From Turneriella sp. (GTDB lineage: Bacteria; Spirochaetota; Leptospiria; Turneriellales; Turneriellaceae), in assembly GCA_965279515.1 (NCBI GenBank), contig CBDIID010000003.1, forward strand, positions 608,001 through 672,000: 64,000 bases of DNA, written 5' to 3'. Within the stretch, counting starts at the first letter, position 1. Every line of letters begins with the position of its first letter. Below are positions 32,295 through 40,735 of this stretch, piece by piece. Position numbers and translations under genes: made by a program. The notes under the pieces are model-generated. The model was not told the DNA's origin and ran no database searches. It worked only from the letters and a program-made list of their open reading frames with translations.

Positions 32295-33326
32295 ATGTTA
32301 AAAAAGCACCTAACAAGCACCCCGGCTTTCATCTGCCTGATACTATTTTTTTCCTTATTACCTTTTGGCTCCATTGCCTCGGAGCCCGGTAATCAGAGGA
32401 TAAAACGCAAGGTACTGCTACTGGATTTTCAGAATACGGCGAAGAATGCGAGCTATGATTATGTCAAAAAGCAAATCTCTGATAACATCAAAGCTGAGCT
32501 GCAAAAAACAGATAAACTGATCCTCATCGATCAGAAAACTTTCGAAAAGCTACACCCCAATTTACTGATACCCAAGTTGACTCAGGCTGAAGCCGCCGAG
32601 CTTGCCGAAGTTGCCGGCTGTGAAGCGGTGGTTATCGGCAAATTTCTCACGACGCCGAATCGTTTGCGGATACAAGCGCAACTTGTCGATGCGGTAACCG
32701 GCGAGGTATTGCTTTCAGAAAAGGCCGAAGGTGAAATCGCCACGAAAGTTTCGGAAAGTATCGATCTGGTGGTGAAACCTCTCAGCACAGGCATGGACGA
32801 AACAATACCGGCACTGGAATCCAGGCGCTCCCCCGCGGATGTTTCGGCGGCGTCAAAGTCGCGGGTTACCGCTTACGCGCATATTCTGGGCGGCTACTAC
32901 TTCGCATCGGGTAATAGCGCAGCGTATTTCAATAATGGTTTTTCCGGAAAAGCGTCCGTCGCATTGCCCCTGGCAAAATACCTCGCACCGTATGCATCGG
33001 CGGGGGCTCTGCTTTATTCAGGCAAGACTGCATTCAACAATGGAGCCTTCTATTTCGCAGACGCCGGCCTTTCCGTACCTTTGCAATTATCAAACCGTTT
33101 CATCCTGATACCCTACATTGCCGCCGGCATTTTCGGCGGGAGTTTAACATCGGGCGCCACGTCGGCCAACCTACTCGCCCCGGCTTTCGACGCCGGACTC
33201 TATGCGACTTATTATTTCACGCAAAGATTAGGCCTAACAATTTCGGGGTCTGTTTTTTATGTTTTGGATAAGCCCAATGATTTAGTATTCACGGTCGTTT
33301 CGGCTGGATTGGGCTTAAGGTTTTGA
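32295..33326 (+). CDS. CsgG/TolB-N-like domain plus outer-membrane beta-barrel
   Basis: LLDFQN..AQLVDAVTGE; C-terminal GLGLRF barrel signature. Confidence 0.7.
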   Translation: MLKKHLTSTPAFICLILFFSLLPFGSIASEPGNQRIKRKVLLLDFQNTAKNASYDYVKKQISDNIKAELQKTDKLILIDQKTFEKLHPNLLIPKLTQAEAAELAEVAGCEAVVIGKFLTTPNRLRIQAQLVDAVTGEVLLSEKAEGEIATKVSESIDLVVKPLSTGMDETIPALESRRSPADVSAASKSRVTAYAHILGGYYFASGNSAAYFNNGFSGKASVALPLAKYLAPYASAGALLYSGKTAFNNGAFYFADAGLSVPLQLSNRFILIPYIAAGIFGGSLTSGATSANLLAPAFDAGLYATYYFTQRLGLTISGSVFYVLDKPNDLVFTVVSAGLGLRF

Positions 33327-33343
33327 TTAAGGAGATTCGCATC

Positions 33344-34303
33344 ATGAGAAATTTAACGAAAATAAACTTACTTGTCGTCGCCTTGGGTTTAGGGCCAGCG
33401 GCCTGTCAATACTCGGGCGATTTCCTAGCAAAATCAGCGGCAGGGGCGACGACATCAAGCACCTTTGGACAAGGCGGTCAAAATTGGACAACGCGAACTT
33501 TGCCGACCAGCAGCGGCTGGGTGTCGGTAACCTATGGTAATGGAACTTTTGTTGCCGTAGCAAGTGCCAGCACTGCGGCTGCGACCTCTCCTGACGGCAT
33601 AACATGGACTGCCCAAACATTACCCAGTAGCAGTAATTGGAATTCAGTAACCTACGGCAACGGTACCTTTGTCGCTGTAGCCGGAGGCCCCAGCACCACT
33701 GCTGCAACGTCGCCAGATGGTATTACGTGGACGCCACAAACGATGCCAAGCAGTCAAACTTGGGGCCATGTTGCATATGGCAATGGTACTTTCGTCGCGA
33801 TTGCTAATACGACCAGCGTTGCTGCGACTTCACCTGACGGGGCGACGTGGACCCCAAGAACTCTTTCTAGCAGTGCGCCGTGGGGCAACATGTTTTTTGG
33901 CAACGGTATTTTTGTTGCTATGGGTGGCACCGTTGCCGTAACTTCTGCCGATGGCATAAATTGGGCTTCGCAAACTCTGCCCGTCAACCTGTCAAAAGGT
34001 ACTTACGGAAACGGAATTTTCCTAATTGTAGCCAGTGGCTTTTTTTCATTTACTTCGCCAAGTAGCACTACTTGGACGGCGCGCAGCATGCCAAGCAATA
34101 GCAATTGGAATACCATTGCATACGGCAATAATACTTTCGTGGCTTTCGTCCCCAGTTCAAATATCGCGGCGACATCGGGTGATGGCATCACTTGGACCCT
34201 TAGAATGATGCCAAGCAGCAATAATTGGAATTCTGCGACCTATGGCAACGGAACTTTTGTTGTTCTTGGTGGCTCGGGTACCGTAGCGGCGACTTCACCA
34301 TGA
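33344..34303 (+). CDS. Lipoprotein with about 6 tandem beta-propeller-like repeats
   Basis: PAAC lipobox; repeats of W.SVTYGNGTFVAV..AATSPDGITWT. Confidence 0.8.
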   Translation: MRNLTKINLLVVALGLGPAACQYSGDFLAKSAAGATTSSTFGQGGQNWTTRTLPTSSGWVSVTYGNGTFVAVASASTAAATSPDGITWTAQTLPSSSNWNSVTYGNGTFVAVAGGPSTTAATSPDGITWTPQTMPSSQTWGHVAYGNGTFVAIANTTSVAATSPDGATWTPRTLSSSAPWGNMFFGNGIFVAMGGTVAVTSADGINWASQTLPVNLSKGTYGNGIFLIVASGFFSFTSPSSTTWTARSMPSNSNWNTIAYGNNTFVAFVPSSNIAATSGDGITWTLRMMPSSNNWNSATYGNGTFVVLGGSGTVAATSP

Positions 34304-34382
34304 GCGTGCCGGTACACTGGTTGCGCTGCGTCAATGGAAATTTCTCAATAAGTTAGAAAATTAAGAAAAGGAAGGTAAGTTT

Positions 34383-35177
34383 ATGAACATAATGAAGAAT
34401 ATTCTTTTAGTCGTGGGCGTTCTGGGCTTGGCGATAAGTCTTGGCGCAGCATCGGCTGCGAAAGGGAAAAACGTCGACAACAATAAAAAAAGCGAGAAGC
34501 CAGAGAGCGAAGTTCCGGTCGTTACACCTACAAGTGCTTCTTATCCGAAAAATATTCTGATTGCGATTCCTGAAGATGCTTCAGACAAACTATACGACAA
34601 CCAGACAAAAAAGATATCTTTAAATTTCAAAGTCATAGACCATGTTGAGGAACTGAGGATCCTACGCGAAGAAAAAGAATTAACCAAAGATCCTAAAAGC
34701 ACGGAAAAAAACATTTCGGACAAACGCCTGTATACTCTGAACAGGATAAATATCGAAAGAAATTATTTAGGCTGTTGGGGCTGGTCGGCCATCGCGCCCT
34801 GCATCGGCTCCCTAAATCTATCAGCGCATACATTTATGGACATACTTGGCTCGAAAGATAAGCAGGATATTTCAGCGCAACCTCAGATTTTTATTGATGG
34901 CAGCTTGCTAAACCTGGACCTTCTTTATACAACACAAAGCGTATGGCTCGGTTTTGGTGGTAGTGTTGGCACAAGTACTATTTCAAACGAAAAAGTGATC
35001 GTGTTCAAGGGAGGTATTGTGCTACAATCAGAAAACTTACGAGCTGAATTTGGCATTATGCATTTATCCGACGTATATTTCGAGAAAGATAACACGGGTG
35101 TATATTTCGGAATCGGTGTCCCGATAATCGGCTACGCAACCGCATTAAAAGAAAAATTGGCGAGTAAAGGACTTTGA
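34383..35177 (+). CDS. Hypothetical exported protein
   Basis: Signal peptide; beta-rich C-terminus. Confidence 0.6.
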   Translation: MNIMKNILLVVGVLGLAISLGAASAAKGKNVDNNKKSEKPESEVPVVTPTSASYPKNILIAIPEDASDKLYDNQTKKISLNFKVIDHVEELRILREEKELTKDPKSTEKNISDKRLYTLNRINIERNYLGCWGWSAIAPCIGSLNLSAHTFMDILGSKDKQDISAQPQIFIDGSLLNLDLLYTTQSVWLGFGGSVGTSTISNEKVIVFKGGIVLQSENLRAEFGIMHLSDVYFEKDNTGVYFGIGVPIIGYATALKEKLASKGL

Positions 35178-35219
35178 TTTGGTGAACCTCTGAAAAGCCC
35201 ATAAATAGACGCGGCGAGC

Positions 35220-35243
35220 CTCCCCCAATTGGGGTATGGACAG
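35220..35243. promoter_or_regulatory. Palindromic operator-like site
   Basis: CTCCCCCAATTGGGGTATGGACAG is the reverse complement of 30608-30631 with 2 mismatches. Confidence 0.6.
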
Positions 35244-35273
35244 GTCACCAGAAATGGACTATCCAAACCCACC

Positions 35274-36746
35274 ATGAAGCCGAAAAAACTTGCCGCCTGC
35301 GCCCTGTTCATCGCTGCAGGCCACCTTCACGCCGCGCAAATCAACTTCACCTCGGGCACACCCGCCTTGGCTGCCGATGTGAACGCGAATTTTACGGAAC
35401 TTTATGGCTCAATGTGGATGAAGTCCGGTGCTGATTTAAGTTACAGTGCGGGGAATGTGGGGCTTGGGGTGGCGAGTCCGGGCTCTAAGTTGCATATCAC
35501 GCAGGCTGTGTCTGGCATAACCGGAGGTATGAGACTGACTGATGGGGTAGCGTCGTTAAATATGTATGGCTCTGGCGATGGGCATTTTCACCTTAATGCA
35601 GCAAGTGGCACAAGTCATATTATTCTTGCGGATACGGGCGGAAACATTGGCATCGGAACGGCGACACCGAGCAATAAACTCGAAATCGTCGGGGGTGGCA
35701 TCACTCTGCCCTATTCGACCATCCATACAGGTTCCATAAAGTTTACAAATTCAGGCGGGACTCCGGTTAATATTTTGGGCATCAAGAGCGCCGCTGATAT
35801 CTATTTGCGCAGCATTGACAATGGTGCTACCTCGGGCTTAGTCTTTCAGGATAGTGCAGGTGTAGATAGGGTTAAGTTCCAAAATGATGGTAATGTCGGT
35901 ATTGGTACGGCAACTCCAGGGGCGCAGTTGCACGTCAACGCATTAGCCGCCGGAGCGACCGGAATTACCAATGCCCGACAGAATGCGACAGCTTTCCTGC
36001 GCGGCTCGAATGGTGCATGGGGGCTTGCCATAGGGTCGATCGCCGCTACCAATGAAGCTTACTTGCAATCGATGGACGAAGTGCAAGGTAGTGGTCACGA
36101 TCTGCTTCTGAATCCATACAATGCCGGACGTGTGGGCATCCGCACAAACGCGATCACAACCACCTGCAACGCCAGCGCCACCCTATGCGTAAACGGTCAG
36201 GTTTGGTCGAATAGTACCCAACTCACCTCCGACGTCCGCTGGAAAAAAGACGTCTCGAAAATCCTTCTTAGCCCGGGATTTAAATCCGGGACTAAGGAGG
36301 GTTGGCACAAATTCCTCTCCCTCGCCCCATCGACCTATTACTGGCGCAAGAACGAGTTTCCTGATATGAACTTCGAAGACGGCAAGCAGTACGGTTTTAT
36401 TGCACAGAACGTGGAGCAAGCCTACCCGGAACTGATCAAAACGAATGGTGCTGGCTTCAAGAGCCTCAACTATTCAGGCTTGATTGCCATCAATACGTCC
36501 GCGATTCAGGAACTCAAGCGAGAGAAAGACGCGGAGATGGGGAAACTCACTTTCGCCCTTCGACAAGCTCAGGGCGACACTGCTGCTGCTCAGGCCGAAA
36601 ACAAAGCGCTGCGCGCCGAATTAGCCGAAACCAAGAAGAGCCTGTCCCGAGTAGCGCGGCGTATCGAGGTACAGGAAAAGGAAACCGCCCAACGCCTGTC
36701 TCGGCTGGAAAAGTTTTTGAGTGCTGGCATAGTGGCTCGGAGATGA
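35274..36746 (+). CDS. Secreted fibre-like protein with peptidase S74 intramolecular chaperone domain
   Basis: Signal peptide, GNVGIGT repeats, SDVRWK, GFIAQNVE..PEL, coiled coil. Confidence 0.85.
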   Translation: MKPKKLAACALFIAAGHLHAAQINFTSGTPALAADVNANFTELYGSMWMKSGADLSYSAGNVGLGVASPGSKLHITQAVSGITGGMRLTDGVASLNMYGSGDGHFHLNAASGTSHIILADTGGNIGIGTATPSNKLEIVGGGITLPYSTIHTGSIKFTNSGGTPVNILGIKSAADIYLRSIDNGATSGLVFQDSAGVDRVKFQNDGNVGIGTATPGAQLHVNALAAGATGITNARQNATAFLRGSNGAWGLAIGSIAATNEAYLQSMDEVQGSGHDLLLNPYNAGRVGIRTNAITTTCNASATLCVNGQVWSNSTQLTSDVRWKKDVSKILLSPGFKSGTKEGWHKFLSLAPSTYYWRKNEFPDMNFEDGKQYGFIAQNVEQAYPELIKTNGAGFKSLNYSGLIAINTSAIQELKREKDAEMGKLTFALRQAQGDTAAAQAENKALRAELAETKKSLSRVARRIEVQEKETAQRLSRLEKFLSAGIVARR

Positions 36747-36825
36747 GAGGTGAGCCTCTAGAAATCCCTAGTTTCCTGGTAGGCCAAAGGCCGTACCGAG
36801 AACTAAGGGAAAGTGGGGATAATAA

Positions 36826-37887
36826 ATGACTCGCTTTGCTGGCTATTCAATGCTAGCCGGTCTTTTCAACACCCCCGTCTTAGCCGGGCTGGTTCTTCAC
36901 TTCTCTCTTTTCCCCCTTGCCGCCGCACCCATGAAGGCGGGTATCATTACGCTCACGGGTGATGACGAGATCAAGACCGTTGGCGGTACCGAAAAGAAAC
37001 TCATTTTTCTGGACTTCTACAACGAATCTAACGATACAAATTTGCAATATCTATCGAATTCGATCGGCGATGCGGTCGATGCCGCAATTAAGGGGAAATA
37101 CCGCTACAAGGTAATTGCATCCGCCATCTGGAAAAAATACGCAGCCGGGCAAAAATGGAACGAACAGGACTTCTATCGTGTCAAAAAGATACGCGAGATG
37201 GGCAAGGCGCTGGGCGCCGACGGCGTCATCTATGGAAAGTACACTTCTAAAGAAGGTAATCTCGAAATTCAGGGCGCGATCTTTTCAGTGATCGACGGTG
37301 AAATCGTCGATGAACAAAAGGGAGCGACCCCCGTGAGCGCCGAGATGTTCGAGACGATCAATTTGGTTTCCGAAAACCTCGCCAAAAAGATCAAAGACTT
37401 GTTCGTGCCCTCTGACCGCGGCGCGCTCATGCGTTCACTGGTTTTTCCAGGTTGGGGGCACATGTACAAGCAGCGCCACAACTGGGGCTATGTCTGGGGC
37501 GGCGCGGCGGCGGCATCGCTTGCCTATACCGCGACGATGCTCACGCTGTTTATCATCTATAAGGCGAAGTACGCGCAGTCTTCGCCGCCTGTCTATACCA
37601 ACGCATCGGGGCAGACAGGTCTCTACGATCAGACCGCCGCGCAGGCGGAATTCGACCGTCTCGAAAACACCGGCAACCAGTTCGGGCAACTCACGCTGAT
37701 TGGTGTCGGTGTTTCGGCGGCGATCTACGTGGCGGCGTTTGTTCATGCTTGGCTCATCGCGCCCGATCTGGGCAACGTCACACAGCCGGGCACGGTGAGC
37801 GCGTTGCCGCTGCATTTCTCCATAGGCAGCGAGGCGTGGCAGACGGGCGGCACGCGAACCCGCTTTTCGTATGCGTTCAGATTCTAA
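36826..37887 (+). CDS. CsgG/TolB-N-like domain plus DUF5683-like membrane region
   Basis: FLDFYN..GKALGADGVIYG; RSLVFPGWGHMY; terminal YAFRF. Confidence 0.65.
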   Translation: MTRFAGYSMLAGLFNTPVLAGLVLHFSLFPLAAAPMKAGIITLTGDDEIKTVGGTEKKLIFLDFYNESNDTNLQYLSNSIGDAVDAAIKGKYRYKVIASAIWKKYAAGQKWNEQDFYRVKKIREMGKALGADGVIYGKYTSKEGNLEIQGAIFSVIDGEIVDEQKGATPVSAEMFETINLVSENLAKKIKDLFVPSDRGALMRSLVFPGWGHMYKQRHNWGYVWGGAAAASLAYTATMLTLFIIYKAKYAQSSPPVYTNASGQTGLYDQTAAQAEFDRLENTGNQFGQLTLIGVGVSAAIYVAAFVHAWLIAPDLGNVTQPGTVSALPLHFSIGSEAWQTGGTRTRFSYAFRF

Positions 37888-37896
37888 GGGAGATTT

Positions 37897-39009
37897 ATGG
37901 AAGCAAGACAAACATTTGCCGTAGCTGCCGCTATAACACTGGCGCTGCTCCCGGCGGCTTGCAAGATAAATAAAGACGCTAACTGCCTGAACCCGAAGGC
38001 GGGATGTTTCAAGAAGGATACGGAGCAGCCCACGATCGTTGACACAAATCCTATTTCTACAGCCACCATGGCTAATCCTACTCCGCAGAATTCTTTAAGC
38101 GTATTTACTTTAACTTTCTCCGAGCCTATGAAAAACGCAGACCAGAAGTCGAATTATCCGAGCCCAACCGGTTCAGGGTCAAACGGAATGACTATTGCGT
38201 CTGTCGAAAAAATTGACGAAAAGAACTCCCGTGTAAAGCTCTCGGGAAGCCCTGGTGCCGGCACGGTAGCATTGGATCTCAGCGCTTTAACCGATCTATC
38301 CGGTAATACTCTTACAAATCCAGTCATCAGTTTTCAGATCAATGGGATTACGTCTAACCATGATTTTGTGAGCGCCTCGGGATATACCACAGTCATACTC
38401 GATTGGAAAAACAATTCCATTTATCCGGTCAATTATCAGGTGAAATCCGGGGCGGATTGTTCCGGTGCCGTCCTCGCTGGTACGAATGTGGACAGTCTTG
38501 GGACACCGATTAATCCGCAAACCCAGGTCCTCACAACGTTGACTTTGGGAAATTTTACCAATGGTGTTATTTCGACAATTCGCGTATGTCAGACAACGGT
38601 CCCGGGTGGCACTTTGCTCGAATTGACGATCAATATCGGTCGCGATGACAGCGCACCAGCTACAACCCCGAGCCCGGCAACAACAACTGTCTTGGCTACG
38701 TCGACAGTTTTGCCATTTCCTGCAAATATTACTTTAGCTTGTACTAACAACTATGACCAAATTTCGTATACAATTAACAATACTGCTACGCCGGCTTTCC
38801 CGCCGCCAGTAGGTAACTTGTTCGTGGGCAGCGGGTTTACTTTACCCGTTCCAACGGCCTTAGGTGAAAGGGATCGAACAGTCCGGTACCGGTGCCTTGA
38901 CAAAGCCGGAAATGCCGAAATCGAAAAAACGTCATATTATCGGGCCGAACTGCAATGGGCTGATTCTGGCGGAAAGTCTGAAAACTGGGATTGGGCATAT
39001 TGGAAATAG
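37897..39009 (+). CDS. Ig-like lipoprotein
   Basis: PAAC lipobox, LTFSEPM, DLSGN and DKAGN motifs. Confidence 0.7.
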   Translation: MEARQTFAVAAAITLALLPAACKINKDANCLNPKAGCFKKDTEQPTIVDTNPISTATMANPTPQNSLSVFTLTFSEPMKNADQKSNYPSPTGSGSNGMTIASVEKIDEKNSRVKLSGSPGAGTVALDLSALTDLSGNTLTNPVISFQINGITSNHDFVSASGYTTVILDWKNNSIYPVNYQVKSGADCSGAVLAGTNVDSLGTPINPQTQVLTTLTLGNFTNGVISTIRVCQTTVPGGTLLELTINIGRDDSAPATTPSPATTTVLATSTVLPFPANITLACTNNYDQISYTINNTATPAFPPPVGNLFVGSGFTLPVPTALGERDRTVRYRCLDKAGNAEIEKTSYYRAELQWADSGGKSENWDWAYWK

Positions 39010-39134
39010 GCCCACATTGCCCCAGAGGAAACGCTTAAATGGGCGTCTACCGATTATAGTTCCCGTTTTGCAATCCGGATGGCAATCATCTCCAGCCAGC
39101 AAATGTCGGTATCTTTTTTAAGAGTGCTGACGAA

Positions 39135-39407
39135 ATGGTTGTAGAAAAGCAGTCTCCGAAACCGAGAATCGTCTTTTCGGGTTTGATATTTCAAATCCAT
39201 CTAGCGCAAAACGAGGTCGTAATTTACCATCCGACGAATCTGCGGAAGCTGAGTGCGAGGCAAAAGCTAGAAATTAAAAGCCGCCGCTCGGGCGCACCAG
39301 TCGTAACGGTTAAGGTTGACCGGTTAAACTATACGAATGCGATTGCTTCTGTAGAATCGGGTTCTATTGAGCACATAGAAATAGCGGACTTGGTGTTGCT
39401 GTATTGA
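39135..39407 (+). CDS. Hypothetical protein (possibly 5'-truncated)
   Basis: 90-aa ORF co-oriented with the operon. Confidence 0.4.
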   Translation: MVVEKQSPKPRIVFSGLIFQIHLAQNEVVIYHPTNLRKLSARQKLEIKSRRSGAPVVTVKVDRLNYTNAIASVESGSIEHIEIADLVLLY

Positions 39408-39562
39408 TCAAAGCGATGCGGTGCTGTTGATACCCAAATTGCAAACTATTACTGAGGAGCTCAAAGCCTTGATGTAAAACAGCGTCAACTGCGATGATCT
39501 GCTGTCCCAAGCCTTCGGATCGATGACTTGGATGATTCGTTGGCGAATCTCATCTATGTGCG

Positions 39563-39708
39563 GGTTCGATTCCCCGACGGGGTCAGTGACTTATTGACCT
39601 AAAACAATAAAAAAGCCCAAAGATGAACCAATGAAATCAAGGGTTCACCTTTGGGTCTCCTATGCGCCCGTGAGGCACCCGCCGGTGAACCTGAGTGGCA
39701 GATTGAGG
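39563..39708. repeat. End module and junction J5; direct repeat with 26443-26589
   Basis: Same sequence as J4, with a 1-bp deletion in the core (TGCGCCCG). Confidence 0.9.
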
Positions 39709-39775
39709 CTGCTTTGTAAGGTCGCCGCAGCGTAAAAGGGTGAACATTACGCTTTTTGGAAATGACAGCGATGGA

Positions 39776-40729
39776 TCAATCCGGCTCGTGTTCGATTGTC
39801 GCATATAATTTCAGATCGGTTAGTGCATTCTGCCGGTAGCTAAGCTTTAAATGGTTAAATCCGCGTGCAGGCTCTTTGCGTTGATTCGCGGAGATCGGCG
39901 CAAGCCAGTTATTGAATCGGTTATGTAACTGATCTGTGGGGTTTAAATCGTGATTCCTAAGGCAATCTAAAATTTGTTCCCATTTATTGTCGAGTGGATA
40001 AAATTCCAACCCAAATTCGGAACTCTCTGAATTTACTGGGATAATAATATTGAGAAATGTCTCACAATCAGGTTTGATATCGGCGATTAAATCTGAAAAG
40101 CTTTTGAACTGGCACTCCGGGAAGTATTCGCCGAGAGCCCGTTTTAAGTCGTCAAAATCAAGAGACAGGATACATCGAATTTCAGATTTTGTGCCGCGCG
40201 AAAGCATTAGACTGATATAATGCATATCGCACTCCAGCTTGAGAGCAGAATTGAAAATGGTGATCATTTTCTCTCTCTGTGAGTCTGTTATTTCGAAATG
40301 CGTTGATATTTGCCTGATAATCTGCTCAAACTCCTGAACATCCGTATCGTGAACCGCATAATGAAGCGAAGGAGCCTCAATCTGAATGTTTTCAGTGAAA
40401 TCAAACTCCCAACTGAGAGCATTGACTGCTTCAAAATTCTCATCTGTGTACCATTGATCGGTGAGAGCAAGTACTTGTTCCCATTTTTGAGTCGTAAATC
40501 GCTTTCTGTAGTCTGTTAAAAGATCACTGTTCCAGTTTTGTTCCGAACGCAGGTAGACAATGATCATATCAAGCGTCGTTTTGGCATTGTGCAGTTCGAA
40601 GTATGTAACGGGACTTTCTGGCAGCCATGGGGCTATTTTCGTAAAGAATGCTTTATTTTGATCGGTTTCGAAAAAACTTGCCAACCCAGCCAAATATGGT
40701 TGAGTTTGTGTGAATAGCGTATGTTTCAT
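39776..40729 (-). CDS. Hypothetical protein (possible ABBA prenyltransferase-like fold)
   Basis: WEFD, LMLSR, GLEF and NHLKLSY..KLY pattern; fold call is weak. Confidence 0.6.
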   Translation of the reverse strand: MKHTLFTQTQPYLAGLASFFETDQNKAFFTKIAPWLPESPVTYFELHNAKTTLDMIIVYLRSEQNWNSDLLTDYRKRFTTQKWEQVLALTDQWYTDENFEAVNALSWEFDFTENIQIEAPSLHYAVHDTDVQEFEQIIRQISTHFEITDSQREKMITIFNSALKLECDMHYISLMLSRGTKSEIRCILSLDFDDLKRALGEYFPECQFKSFSDLIADIKPDCETFLNIIIPVNSESSEFGLEFYPLDNKWEQILDCLRNHDLNPTDQLHNRFNNWLAPISANQRKEPARGFNHLKLSYRQNALTDLKLYATIEHEPD

Positions 40730-40735
40730 TTTCGA

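Noticed and set aside
33480..34300. Non-coding tandem DNA repeat
   Set aside because: The repeats are degenerate codon-level copies of a propeller-blade protein repeat
35274..36746. Prophage
   Set aside because: Only an S74 domain; no terminase, capsid, portal or integrase
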